From positions 94,108 through 158,107 of the forward strand of contig CAVRTC010000017.1 of NCBI GenBank assembly GCA_963723985.1: 64,000 nt of DNA. Reading direction: 5' to 3'. This DNA comes from an uncultured Actinomycetes bacterium. GTDB lineage: Bacteria; Actinomycetota; Acidimicrobiia; IMCC26256; BP-133. The position numbers were made by a program, and so were the translations under genes. Shown here piece by piece: positions 20,108 to 31,166 of the stretch. Position 1 is the first letter of the stretch; every line of letters begins with the position of its first letter. Under the pieces are notes generated by a model. It was not told the origin of the DNA. It saw only the letters and a list, made by a program, of their open reading frames with translations, and did no database searches.

Positions 20108-21619
20108 TGAGCGACACCGTCGTCGGGGCCGGACTGGGGGGACTTACCAGCTGGGGGTGAGCCGTCCGCCGCTCGAGGTGGCGGATCTGCCGACGCCGGA
20201 GGAGGTGTGGGGGGTCCCCGGGTCGGGCGCAAAGAGGCGTTCAAGTTCGCCGTCGGCCCGAGCTTGATCGCCCTCGGCGCGGCGATCGGCAGCGGGGAGT
20301 GGCTCCTCGGCCCCCTGAGCGTAGGGAAACGGGGCTTCACCGGCATCGGCTGGATCATCACCGTCTCGATCCTGCTCCAGGTCATCTACAACATCGAGTG
20401 CTCCCGCTACGTGGTCGCCACCGGGGAGGTCCCGATCGTGGGCTTCGCCCGCGTGCCTCCCGGGCGCCGGTTCTGGGTGCCGTTGTCGCTGTTCCTCATC
20501 TTCTTCGCCTACATCTGGGGCGGGTGGGCCAAGGGCGCGGCCGACGGGCTGTTCGCCCTCATCAAGGGCCGGGTCCCGACCCCCGACGACAAGGGCACCG
20601 TGGAGCTCCTGGCCATCCTGCTGCTGGCCGCCATCCTGGGGATCACGGTCGGCTTCCGGCGGATCACCCGGGGCCTCGAATTCGTCAGCGGCGCCATCGT
20701 CGCGTCCGTGGTCCTCTACCTCGTGGTCGTCTCGGTGGCGATCGTCCCGCTCGACGTCTGGTGGGACGGGATAACGGGGTTCCTCACCCCGGCCATGCCG
20801 CCCAAGGGCGTCACGGCCACCGAGATCGGTTCGCTGGCCGGGTTTGCCGCTCTGTTGTCAGGGTTCAACTGGCTCTTCCTGAGCCACTACCGGGACAAGA
20901 GCTACGGGATGGGTCAGCGGGTCGGCTACCTGGCCGGATTCCGGGGGGAGCAGCGCAAGGTCCTGGGCAGCGGGTTCACGTTCCCCGACGACGCCAGGAA
21001 CGCCTCGGTGTGGAAGCGTTGGATGCGGTTCCTGTATCTGGACATGTGGGGCGTGTTCCTGACGGGGGCGATTGTCGGCATGCTCGTGCCAACTTCGCTG
21101 ATGCGCCACCTGGCGCTCAGCTCCGGCCGCCAGCCCGAGCGGAGCGACGTCACCACCTTCGCCGCCGATGTGCTCGGCAACCAGTACGGCCGCTGGATCT
21201 TCTACACGACATTGCTCGTCGGGTTCCTCATCCTGTTCTCGACCCAGCTCGGCATCTTCGAGGTGCTCGTCCGCAACGCCACCGACGCGGCCAACATCAG
21301 CCCCCGCGTCCAGGAGGTCATCGGCGGGGACCCGCGCCGGTTCTACTTCTCGTTCATGGTCGTGCTGCTCGTGACCGTCGGAGTCGTGCTCCACTTCTTC
21401 CAGCCGACGGAGCTGATCCAGATCTCGGCCAACATGTCGAACCTCGGGGCGATCATCTACCCGTTCGTCTTCATCTACCTGAACCGGCGCCTGCCGCAGG
21501 CGGCCCGGCCGACCAAGTGGGCCTACGCCGGACTGCTGGCCAACGTCGTCTTCTTTGGCTTCTTTTTCCTGAACTTCGTGGTCGAAAAAGTGAGTGGGGA
21601 CCCGCTGGTAACCTTCTGA
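20108..21619 (+). CDS. Nramp-family (YcsG-like) transporter
   Basis: GPSLIALGAAIGSGEWLLGP, about 11 TM; main ORF 20207..21619, probable indel upstream. Confidence 0.8.
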
Positions 21620-21639
21620 GACACGCAGGGAGGTGGTCG

Positions 21640-21927
21640 ATGAGTCGGCGTCATCGTGTCTCCGAGAAGGACACGGCCGTTCGGAAGGCGGATCGGGAGG
21701 CCGAGCACCGCCGGGCGCGGCGGGCGGCCCGGCAGAAGATCGACGTCGTCGAACCCGACGCCGCCGTCCTTCCCGGGGAAGGGCCCGGACACCTGCACGC
21801 CCACCGGCCGACTCAGCTGGAGAAGCAACGGCCCCGGCACTGGAAGCTCCCCTTCTGGAAACGCCGGCGGGCGGCGCGGGCCGAGAAGGTGCTGGCCGAA
21901 CGCCGGCTGGCCGACGAAGAGGACTAG
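21640..21927 (+). CDS. Small Arg-rich hypothetical protein
   Basis: Strong RBS GGAGGT; MSRRHRV...RHWKLPFWKRR. Confidence 0.7.
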   Translation: MSRRHRVSEKDTAVRKADREAEHRRARRAARQKIDVVEPDAAVLPGEGPGHLHAHRPTQLEKQRPRHWKLPFWKRRRAARAEKVLAERRLADEED

Positions 21928-23936
21928 CTCCGGCTCAGGCCGGGCGGGCTGAGGCCCCGCCGCTGCAGGAGCGGTTCGACCGACGGTTCTCGGCCGGTGA
22001 GGGTGCGGAGGGCGGCGATCGGGTCGACGACGGCGCCCCGGGAGAGGAAGGCGTCGCGCAGTCCCTGGCCGTTGGCCCGGGTCAGGCCACCCTGCTCGTC
22101 GAGCCACTGCGCCGTGATCGCCTCGAGGAGCGCCGACCACAGGTACGAGTAGTGCATCCCCGGATAATGGCCGTCGAAGATGTGGGGGAAGAACGTCGAG
22201 TAATTGTGCAGGGCGACGGCGGGGAGATCGAGGCCGTAACGCCCGAGCACGGCCGCTTCGAAGGCGTCGACGTCACCGGCCGCCACCGTCTCACCGGGTG
22301 CCAGCCCGTGCCAGGCCTGGTCGAGCAGCGACTGGGCCGCCCCCCGGGTTGAGTTGTAGGGGGCGCCGTCGCGCTCGACGGCACGGAGGGCGGCCACGTC
22401 GGCGTCGGGCAGCGGTGCGCCGGTGGCGTAATGCCGGGCGTAGCGGCTGAGGACGTCGGGGTGCACGGCCAGCGCCTCATGCAGCTTCGACGGGAACTCG
22501 ACGACGTCGGCGGCCACGTTGATGCCGGCGATCCGCGGGTACCGGACGTCGGACAGGAACATGTGCAGCCCGTGGCCGAACTCGTGGAAGAGGATGCGGA
22601 CATCGAGCGGCGTCAGCAGCGCCGGCGCGCCGTCGCCGGGACGGACGGCGTTGAGCGTCAGGTACACGACCGGTCTCCGGCCGAACAGCGGCGCCGGCTC
22701 GGCGTAGGCATCCATCCAGGCCCCGCCGGCCTTGCCGTCCCGGGCGTAGGGGTCGATGTAGAGAAGGCCCCGGTCGGCGCCGTCGTCATCGGTCACGGCC
22801 CAGACGCGCATGTCGGGGTCGGGCCGGGGGACGTCGGGCCGGGGGGCGAACCGCAGGCCGTAGAGGGAGCCGGCGACGGCGAAGAGCCCGTCCTCGATGA
22901 CCCGGTCGAGCACGAAGTACTCCTGGAGGCGGACCTCGTCGGCGGCGTGGCGGGCCTGTCGCTCCCGGGCGGCGTAGTACGGCCAGTCCCACGGTTGGAG
23001 CGGCCCGGTGTGATCGTCGGCGTGGAGGGCGGCGGTGTGGCGCTCGGCCTCGGCCCGGGCCGCCTCCGCCGCGGTCGTCCCCACCGTGGTCAGCAGCTCG
23101 ACGACGGCGTCGACCGAGCCGGCCGTCTGGTCGGCGATGGCGAACTCGGCGTGCGAGTCGAAGCCCAGCAGCCCGGCCCGCTCCGCCCGCAGGGCGGCGA
23201 TCTCGGCCACCGTGGCCCGGTTGTCATGCTCGCCGCCCCGGCGACCCCGGGCGACCGACGCCCGCCAGAGCCGTTCCCGCAGACCCCGGTCGTGCAGGTG
23301 CTCGAGGGCCGGTTGCGTCGACGACAGGGAGAGCTTGAACAGGAAACCGTCGCCGCCTCCGGCCCGGGCGGCGGCGTCGACCATGGCCGGCGGCAGACCG
23401 TCGAGCTCCGCCACCGACTTCACCCGGACGGCCAGCGCTGCCGTCTCCTCGTGGAGGTTGCGCCGGAACTCGGCCGTGAGGGCCGAGAGTCGCTCGTTGA
23501 TCTCCCGCAGTCGCCCCTGGTCGGCGGGCCCGAGGGTCGCGCCTGACCGGACGAGGTCCCGGTGGTAGCGGTCGAGTACGCAGGCCTGCTCCTCGTCGAG
23601 CCCCAACTTCTCTTCCCGGGCCGCCAGGTCGACGATCCGGGCGAAGATCCGGGGATCGAGCCCGACGGCGTCGCGGTGGCCCGCCAGCCGGGGCAGCATC
23701 TCCGCCTCCAGTTCCCGCACCGCGGGCGTCGACCGGGAGCCTGACGTGTCGAGCAGCAATCGCTCGGCCAGGTGCAGCCGCCCGCCGGCCCGCTCCAGTG
23801 CCTCGACCGTGTCGACGAACGTCGGCGGCCACGGCCCCGCCGCGATGGCCTCCACCTCGGCCCGGTGCTCGGCCATTCCCGCCTCGAGCTCGGCCCGGAG
23901 ATCGGCGTCGAAATCCGGCAGGGTCCAGGAGGACAT
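21924..23936 (-). CDS. dcp: M3 metallopeptidase (peptidyl-dipeptidase Dcp-like)
   Basis: HEFGH zinc motif, KAGGAWM, VEFPS, HIFDG, YSYLW. Confidence 0.9.
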   Translation of the reverse strand: MSSWTLPDFDADLRAELEAGMAEHRAEVEAIAAGPWPPTFVDTVEALERAGGRLHLAERLLLDTSGSRSTPAVRELEAEMLPRLAGHRDAVGLDPRIFARIVDLAAREEKLGLDEEQACVLDRYHRDLVRSGATLGPADQGRLREINERLSALTAEFRRNLHEETAALAVRVKSVAELDGLPPAMVDAAARAGGGDGFLFKLSLSSTQPALEHLHDRGLRERLWRASVARGRRGGEHDNRATVAEIAALRAERAGLLGFDSHAEFAIADQTAGSVDAVVELLTTVGTTAAEAARAEAERHTAALHADDHTGPLQPWDWPYYAARERQARHAADEVRLQEYFVLDRVIEDGLFAVAGSLYGLRFAPRPDVPRPDPDMRVWAVTDDDGADRGLLYIDPYARDGKAGGAWMDAYAEPAPLFGRRPVVYLTLNAVRPGDGAPALLTPLDVRILFHEFGHGLHMFLSDVRYPRIAGINVAADVVEFPSKLHEALAVHPDVLSRYARHYATGAPLPDADVAALRAVERDGAPYNSTRGAAQSLLDQAWHGLAPGETVAAGDVDAFEAAVLGRYGLDLPAVALHNYSTFFPHIFDGHYPGMHYSYLWSALLEAITAQWLDEQGGLTRANGQGLRDAFLSRGAVVDPIAALRTLTGREPSVEPLLQRRGLSPPGLSRS

Positions 23937-23982
23937 GGCCCGCCAGCGTATGCGCCGTGGCATGCCCCGCCTACACTCCCGG

Positions 23983-24508
23983 CATGGGGGCAACGCGTCG
24001 GGCAACTGGAGTCTTTCTCGCGCTGTTCGCGCTACTCGGCCTTCCCGGTGCGGTGCAGCCCGCCGCCGCCGTCGAGGGGGCGCGCTGCACGGGTACGTTC
24101 GTCATCCTGCTCTCGCCGGGGCTCTCGGTGCAGCCCAGCACCGGAACCCACCGGTCCGAAGCCCCGGCGGTGCTCCACTGCGACGGCGCGGTCGGCGGCC
24201 GCGCCATCACCGGCCCCGGGACCCTGACCGACGAGGGGCCGTACGGGACCGAGGACCCGGACAGCTGCATGGCCGGCACCGAGGGCACCGGGCTCGATCG
24301 CATCGTTGTCCCCACCGCCGATGGGCCGCAGACATTCGACAGCCACTACGCCTACACCGCGTCGAAGCTGTCGAACGGCGGTCCGTTCAACGGCGAGTTC
24401 CAGGGCAACCACTACTCGGGGACGTTCGAGTTCACGGTCCTCGAGGGCGACTGCGTGTCGAAGCCGATCACGAAGGTCGAGCTGCGGATCGAAGGGATCC
24501 TTCGCTGA
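23983..24508 (+). CDS. Secreted hypothetical protein
   Basis: Signal peptide, 4 Cys; TACACT 5 nt before ATG. Confidence 0.75.
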
Positions 24509-24523
24509 CCGGAGGATGTTCCC

Positions 24524-25339
24524 CTAGATCTTGAAAAACAGGTTGCGGAAGCGGTCGATCAGAGCGGGGTCGCCGCGGGACGTGCCGCCGTTCATCCGCT
24601 GGTAGGCGGTGAGGATGAGCGTCCCGGGGTCGAACTCCAGGATGGCCGGGCAGCCGCTGATGTCGGCCGGTTCGAAGGCGACGCCCTCGGGGCCGACGCT
24701 CATCTTCGTGTCGCCGGCGTTGCGGCCACTGACCCGGATGCCGACTTCGAACGGCTCGGTATCGGGCCCACAGTTGTGGATGGCGCTCCAGAGGATGAAG
24801 TTGAGCGGCACCAGCAGGTCGGCGGCGTCGCCGGACAGGCCGTGGTTGATGCCCCGACCCTCGCGGATGTCCCAGGCGTGGAGCGCGTAGTCGACCAGCT
24901 GGAAAATCGGGTAAAAGAAGGCCGGCAGCGGGCCCATGTAACCGTGAGGGGCCATCAACCCGCCCCACTCGTCGTCGCTGAGCCCCTCGAAGATGTCCAT
25001 CATCTTGGAGTTGTCGGTCTGGAGCCGGTCGATGAGCTCGCCCTGCGACACCCCCCGGAACGCCTGGGCGCCGGCGTCGACGTGCTGGTCCATCCCCCGC
25101 ACGCCGAGCGCCTCGGGGGCCGACCCCGAACCCCGGGCGGCGTCGAAGCTCTTGAAGTAGCCCTCGGTGCTGTCGACGAGGTGCCCGACGATGTCGCGGA
25201 CCTGCCAGTGGCCGGCGGCGGTGGGGGCCTCCCACACGCCCGGCTCGGATGCCAGGGTCAGCAGGGCGGCGGCCTCCTCCCGCACCACCCGCAGCAGGTT
25301 GTCCTTGGAGTCGGCGTCCATGAAGTTCCACTCGCTCAT
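24524..25339 (-). CDS. Mycothiol-dependent maleylpyruvate isomerase / DinB-like protein
   Basis: WEAPT..HWQVRDIVGHL, LHAWDI. Confidence 0.85.
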   Translation of the reverse strand: MSEWNFMDADSKDNLLRVVREEAAALLTLASEPGVWEAPTAAGHWQVRDIVGHLVDSTEGYFKSFDAARGSGSAPEALGVRGMDQHVDAGAQAFRGVSQGELIDRLQTDNSKMMDIFEGLSDDEWGGLMAPHGYMGPLPAFFYPIFQLVDYALHAWDIREGRGINHGLSGDAADLLVPLNFILWSAIHNCGPDTEPFEVGIRVSGRNAGDTKMSVGPEGVAFEPADISGCPAILEFDPGTLILTAYQRMNGGTSRGDPALIDRFRNLFFKI

Positions 25340-25433
25340 CGGAATCCCCCCGGTTTCCTCGTTCGGTGGACGAAGCCGACCCTCTGCTTAGGCCCCGCAG
25401 CGGTGATGCGCAAGGGCAGACTGCCGAAGCTCC

Positions 25434-25688
25434 TCACGTGCGGTGGAGGGGGCTCGCCGCCCAGACGTTCTCGAACGGGACGCCGGCGGTGCGGTACACC
25501 CGGCGGACGGCCTCGGCGTTCTCGGCCTCGTAGACGCAGACGCAGCGGCTGCCGTCGCTGGCGATGTAGGAGCTGAGCCAGGTGACGTCGTAGACCGGTA
25601 GGCAGGGCGAGACCTTGTCGGCCACCGGGCTTCCCGAACTGAGGTCAATCGGCGGGTCGAACCGCTCCTCGACCATGATCACCGCCAT
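25434..25688 (-). CDS. DUF4242 / SCO4226-like small metal-binding protein
   Basis: VTWLSSY..SDG.RCVCVYEAENAEAVR...AGVP. Confidence 0.8.
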   Translation of the reverse strand: MAVIMVEERFDPPIDLSSGSPVADKVSPCLPVYDVTWLSSYIASDGSRCVCVYEAENAEAVRRVYRTAGVPFENVWAASPLHRT

Positions 25689-28600
25689 CTGCCGCCCCCC
25701 TTGTCGTCTGTGCCGTCTCACGGGCGTTGACGAGGGCTTCAGCCTCCCGGCGCAGCCCAACCACGTGGTGGGGGAGTCGGCCCTCGTCGCCCGCCACAGC
25801 TTGGAGGTGCGCCTCCGCCTCGTCAAACGCCGCCCCGTTCGGCGCAGAGACAGGCGAGGAGCATCCGTGCCCGCGCCACCTCCGACGGCCGGCCCGTCGT
25901 CCGGGCGAGCTCGAAAGCCCGGGTGGCGTGGGCGGCGGCCGCCACCGCGTTCCCCGCCCGGAACTCCGCCTCGGCCGCGATGCCGAGAAGATCGGGAGCG
26001 AGGAAGGCGGCGTCGATCCGCTCGAGTTCGGCGATGGCCTGGTCGAACGCCGTCGCCGCTCCTGCCTCCCGATCCACGACGGAGGCGAGCGCGGCAATCG
26101 CCTGGGAATAGGCCGCCTCGCTGCCCCGGGTTCCCAGCCGGACGGCCAGGGGGCCCAGCATCGGGCACCGGAGCCGGGCGGCGGCAAGGTCGCCGGTTTC
26201 GAGCTCGAGGATCGCCAGACGGGCAGCACATTCGAACGCTCCCCAGTGGTCGCCGCCGGCGGTGGCCAGGTCGATCGCCGTTTGCAGGGCCACCCGGGCC
26301 TCGATCAGCTCTCCGGCCCAGGCCCGGACCAGGCCAAGGCCCCACTGGTACTGGAGCGACGTGGTGGCCAGGTCCTCGAGACCGGCGAGCTGCTCGAACA
26401 GCTCGTAGGTGCGTTCCATGTCGATCTCGAGGTAGGCCATGCACCGGGCTCCTTCGAGGAGCGGCTCCAGGTCGGGCTGCTCCGCCGCCTCGAGCAGCTT
26501 CATCGCTCGCAGCATCAACGCCTTCGCTTTGGGGAGGTCACTCCACCCCAGTGGTAGATGCGGGCCAGCACGGGCAGCGCCAGGGTCAGGCTGGCCGTGT
26601 CGCCGAGGCGCTGCGCCGAAGCGACGAGCTCGGTGGCGTCGCGGACGAGGTCGCCGGGTTGACGGAGGCGCAGTCCCGGGTGGAGGAGCACGTGGATGAG
26701 CTGGGATTCGAGCGTCACCCGCTGCCCGGGGTGCAGGCGGCGAGCGTGGGTCCGCCCCAGCTCGATGAGTTCCTCGGCGTCGTCGTAGGCGACCAGCCTG
26801 AGGCAGCGACGGGCGGCCCGGATGCAGGCGGCGGCGCAGGTGGCGCTGTCGTGACCGGCGTCGGCGTGGCGGGCGGCGTCGGCCGCGAGGTTGTCATCGG
26901 GGTCGGGTGTCTGGTTGAGGACGCAGCCGATCCGGGCGTGGAGCATGGCCCGGCGCGGCGTCGAGATCCGCTCGTAGGCCGCGGACCGCACGAGGTCGTG
27001 GGCGAAGCCGTAGCCGCCGTCGGTCCCCGCCCGCAGCACGCCGTGGCGCTCCAGCTCGCCCAGCGGGTCGAACAAACCGGCGATGTCACGCTCGACCGCC
27101 TCGGCGAGCACCGCCGGGTCGATGCTCCTCCCGAACGCTGCCACCCAGGGCACGAGCTGGGCGGCCTCCTCGCCGAGGCGGCCGAGCCGGTCGCCGATGA
27201 GGGCGTCGAGCCGGCGGGTCAGGGGTTCGTCGCCCCGGGCCAGCGCCCGGGCCATCTCCAGAGCCAGCAACGGGTTGCCGTTGCTGGCTTCGGTGATGCG
27301 GGCCGCATCAGCGTCCGGGGCGATCGGGCGGGTCAGGTCGGCGATGGTCGACGCCTGCAGCGGCCCGACGACCAGGTCCACGAGCAGGTCGTCCCGGCGG
27401 AGAGCCTGAATGACCCGCCGCCAGGCGACGTTGTCCTCCAATTCGGCGGAGCGGGCAGTGACGACGAAGGCGACGCCGGCGTCGGCCAGATGGCGGACGG
27501 CGAAGTGGAGCAGGGCTGCCGAAGGCTCGTCCAGCCACTGGAGGTCGTCGAGCAGGACGGCTGTCGGCGCGGTCGTCGCCAGGTGGGACAGCAGAGCCAC
27601 GACCGCGTCGTAGAGGCGGCCGGGATCGTCGAGGTCGACCCGGTCCGCCCCGAGCTCAGGCAGGAGCGGCGTCAGGTCGCTGCGCACCGCCTCGGGGAGC
27701 GGCGGGAGCGGCACCGAGCGGAGGGCGTCGACCCACGCGCCGTAGGGCCGGCCCAGCTCGGCCTCGAAGCCCCGGCCGAAGGCCGCCACGCCACCGCCGT
27801 CCTCGACGTGGGCCCGGGCTTCCTCGAGGAGGCGGGTCTTGCCGATGCCCGGCTCGCCGACCAGGAGGAACAGCCCGCCCTTCCCCGCCGTCCGGGCGGT
27901 GTCGAGGAAACCGACGAGGGCGGCGCGCTCCTCGACCCGGCCGACCAGCGGTCCCGTTCGGCGACGACCCGGCTGCACCGGCCTGGGCGGCGGCGCGGCG
28001 GGGACGGTTGGAGCGCTCGGCCCGCCCGGCGTCGGCGGAGGGGTTCGGAACGAGCAGGTGATCCAGCGCCGGGTCCTGGCGGAGGATGGCCGCCTCGAGA
28101 TCCCGGAGTGGGGCGCCCGGATCGAGACCGAGCTCGTCGCGAAGGAGGCCGCGGGCCTTCTGGTAGGCCCGCAGCGCGTCGGCCTGGCGGCCCGATCGGT
28201 ACAGGGCCAGGATCAGCAGCCACCACAGCCGCTCGCGCAGGGGATGCTCGGCCAGGAGCGCTTCGAACCGGCCGATCACCTCCCGGTGGCGGCCAGCAGG
28301 CGATCTCGGCCTCCAGCTCGGTTTCGACGGCGACGGCCCGCAGCTCGTCCAAGCCGGGCGATCTCGGCCTGCGCGAAGCGCTCCCCGGCCACGTCAGCCA
28401 GCGCCGGACCCCGCCACAGCTCGTGCGCCCGGCGCACGAGGTCGGCGGCGCCCGTCGGATCGCCGCCCCGAGCGCGCCTCGGGCATCCTCCACCAACCGC
28501 TCGAAGCGGACCGCGTCGACGTCGCCGGGCTCGACCTCGAGGGCGTAGCCGGGCCCGCGGGTGACCACCACGCCCGTCCCCAGGGCCTTGCGCAGCTGGG

Positions 28601-28800
28601 AGACGTAGTTCTGCAGGACGCCGAGCCCGGTCGAGGGCGGGCTGCCGGCCCAGAGGTCTTCGATCAGCCGGTCGCGGGAGACCACCTGGCCGTGGTGGAC
28701 GAGCAGGTTCAGGAGCAGGGCGCGCTGCTTGGGGCTGCCCGGTTCGACCGCCTGGCCGTCCCGCACGCACCTGCAAGGGCCCGAGGATCCGGAAGTCCAC
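25645..28800 (-). CDS. Large SARP regulator (OmpR-HTH, BTAD, AAA ATPase, TPR), frameshifted
   Basis: FRILGPL, KQRALL, LQNYVSQLRK, HPLRE, ALYRSGRQADAL, GEPGIGKT, LDDLQW, GNPL. Confidence 0.9.
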
Positions 28801-28842
28801 GGCAACGAAGCGTAGGGCGGCCGTTCCCGGGCCGCCGGGCCG

Positions 28843-28896
28843 GTGAGCGGGCCTGAAGCGTCCCGAGAGTGGTCCTGAAGCGGGGCCTCGCAGGAT
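28843..28896 (+). promoter_or_regulatory. SARP-type heptamer array plus -10
   Basis: GTGAGCG, TGAAGCG, GAGAGTG, TGAAGCG at 11-bp period; last heptamer 8 nt before CAGGAT. Confidence 0.65.
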
Positions 28897-28952
28897 GACC
28901 GGCATGCGGTGCGGGCAAGGTGCCCGCCGCCCGAGAAGCAAGGAGAGCCGCC

Positions 28953-29310
28953 ATGGCCGAGGCCAAGAGCATCGACAACGCCACCGAGGTCCGGGAATTC
29001 CGACAAGGGCCGGGTGGAGGTCGTCACCGTGGGCAGCACCACCCTCACCCGCTCGACGATGCAGCCGGGCTGGCGCTGGTCCGACTGCGTGAAGCCAATC
29101 GCCGGCACCGACACCTGCCAGGTGCCCCACAACGGCTACTCAATCTCCGGCCAGCTCCAGGTGCGGCAGGACGACGGCACCGAGATCGAGATCAACCCGG
29201 GTGACGCCTACTCGATCGCTCCCGGACACGACGCCAGCGTCGTCGGCGACGAGCCCTGGGTGGGCGTCGACTTCTCGCCGGCGATGGCCGACTACGCCAA
29301 GCCGCAATAA
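28953..29310 (+). CDS. Cupin-domain protein (one indel)
   Basis: QPGWRWS..VKPIAGT..CQVPH.GY.ISG, PGD, PGHDA; RBS AGGAG. Confidence 0.85.
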
Positions 29311-29337
29311 GCCCGATTCCGAACAGGAGACAGAGCC

Positions 29338-29898
29338 ATGACCATCACGCAGACTCCCGTCGACAACGGCGTCAACCTCCAGGCGTTGCTCGACGCCCGC
29401 GAGGCGCTGAGCGCCGACCCCACCGCCGCCCAGTTCCAGTGGCGGGCTACCAGCACCTGGCGCAACGGCACCCACAGCCACTCCACCGTCGAGGGTTTCG
29501 GCGGCCTCGGCGGCGAGCAGTCGCACAGGACCGAGTTCGGCTTCGACGTCGACCACCCCGAGTGCTTCGCCTCGGAGGACCACGGCGCCACACCGGTCGA
29601 GTTCGTGCTCGTCGGCCTGGCCGGCTGCCTCACGGCCGGCGTGGCGGCTGTGGCCCAGATCCGCGACATCCAGCTGCGGTCGGTCACCGCCACGCTCACC
29701 GGCGACATGGACCTGCTCGGCGTGCTCGGCGCCGATCCCGACGTCCGGAACGGCTTCGAGTCGATCCGCGTGCACTTCACCATCGACGCTGACGCCTCCG
29801 CCGACGACATCGCGGCGCTGGTCGCCCAGTCGCAGAAGCGCTCCGCGGTCTACGACATCATCACCAACCCGACCAACGTCACCGTCGAGGTCAACTGA
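29338..29898 (+). CDS. OsmC-family protein
   Basis: DHPE, TPVE, LAGCLT, RSAVYD. Confidence 0.9.
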   Translation: MTITQTPVDNGVNLQALLDAREALSADPTAAQFQWRATSTWRNGTHSHSTVEGFGGLGGEQSHRTEFGFDVDHPECFASEDHGATPVEFVLVGLAGCLTAGVAAVAQIRDIQLRSVTATLTGDMDLLGVLGADPDVRNGFESIRVHFTIDADASADDIAALVAQSQKRSAVYDIITNPTNVTVEVN

Positions 29899-29933
29899 CC
29901 ATCGACGACACGACGACATCCAGCGGACCGGAC

Positions 29934-31166
29934 ATGCACACCACCACCGTCATCGTCGGAGCCGGCCACGCTGGGCTGGCCATGAGCCGCCGCCTGACCG
30001 AGCGCTCCATCGACCACGTCGTCCTCGAACGCGGCAACGTGGCCAACTCCTGGCGCACCGAGCGCTGGCCCGGCCTCCGGCTCCTGACCCCCAACTGGCA
30101 GACCCGGCTGCCCGGCTTCACGTACCAGGGTGACGACCCTGACGGTTTCATGCCGGTGGGGGAGGTGGCCCGGCTGATCGGTGCGTACGCCACCGCCATC
30201 GACGCCCCGGTGCGGACCGGCACCACCGTGCGGTCACTCCAGGCTGCACCGGCCGGGTACCGGATCGACACTGACCAGGGAACCTGGACGGCGGCCACCG
30301 TCGTGCTGGCCAGCGGGACCTGCAATCTCCCGCTGATCCCGGCGGCCGCCGCCGGCCTTCCGTCATCGTTGGTCTCGTTCACCCCAATGGACTACCGCGG
30401 CCCCGACGACCTCCCCGACGGCGGCGTCCTCGTGGTCGGCGGCTCGGCCACGGGCGTGCAGCTGGCCGACGAGATCCGTCGTTCAGGCCGGCCCGTCACG
30501 CTCTCGATCGGCGAGCACGTCCGGCTTCCCCGCCTCTACCGGGGTCGAGACATCTTCTGGTGGATGGACGCCGCCGGTGTGCTCGACGAGCGCTACGACC
30601 AGGTCGACGACCTGGTGCGAGCCCGCCACGTCCCGTCCCCCCAGCTGGTCGGCACCCCCGGACGCACGACCCTCGACCTCAACTGGCTCGTCGACAGGGG
30701 CGTGCGTGTCGTTGGCCGGCTCGGCCGCATCACCGACTCCGTGGCCTACTTCTCCGGCTCACTGGCCAACGTCTGCGCGCTCGCCGACCTCAAGATGAAC
30801 CGGCTCCTGGCCACCCTCGACGAATGGGCCGACGCCAACGGAGTCAGCGCCGAGGTCGATCCACCGCAGCGCTTCGAACCCACCCGGGTCGACCGCAACC
30901 CGCCCCTTCAGCTCGACCTCGCATCCGGCGAGATCGCCACCGTCGTCTGGGCCACCGGGTACCGACCCGACTACTCCTGGCTCGACCTGCCGATCCTCGA
31001 CCGCAAGGGGTACATCCGCCACGATGGCGGGATCGTGACCGACGCGCCGGGCTTGTATCTGCTCGGCACGCCCTTTCTCCGTCGACGCCGGTCCAGCTTC
31101 ATCAACGGCGCCGCCGCCGATAGCGAGGATCTCGCTGCCCACCTGCACGAAACCCTCGGCCGCTAG
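29934..31166 (+). CDS. Flavin-containing monooxygenase-like oxidoreductase (CzcO-like)
   Basis: GAGHAG, GGSATG, WATGY. Confidence 0.9.
   Translation: MHTTTVIVGAGHAGLAMSRRLTERSIDHVVLERGNVANSWRTERWPGLRLLTPNWQTRLPGFTYQGDDPDGFMPVGEVARLIGAYATAIDAPVRTGTTVRSLQAAPAGYRIDTDQGTWTAATVVLASGTCNLPLIPAAAAGLPSSLVSFTPMDYRGPDDLPDGGVLVVGGSATGVQLADEIRRSGRPVTLSIGEHVRLPRLYRGRDIFWWMDAAGVLDERYDQVDDLVRARHVPSPQLVGTPGRTTLDLNWLVDRGVRVVGRLGRITDSVAYFSGSLANVCALADLKMNRLLATLDEWADANGVSAEVDPPQRFEPTRVDRNPPLQLDLASGEIATVVWATGYRPDYSWLDLPILDRKGYIRHDGGIVTDAPGLYLLGTPFLRRRRSSFINGAAADSEDLAAHLHETLGR

Noticed and set aside
25615-28548. Long ORFs such as 25615..28548 (+), 37677..39836 (+) and 62239..63972 (+)
   Set aside because: Antisense or off-frame shadows of recognisable genes in high-GC DNA; no motifs
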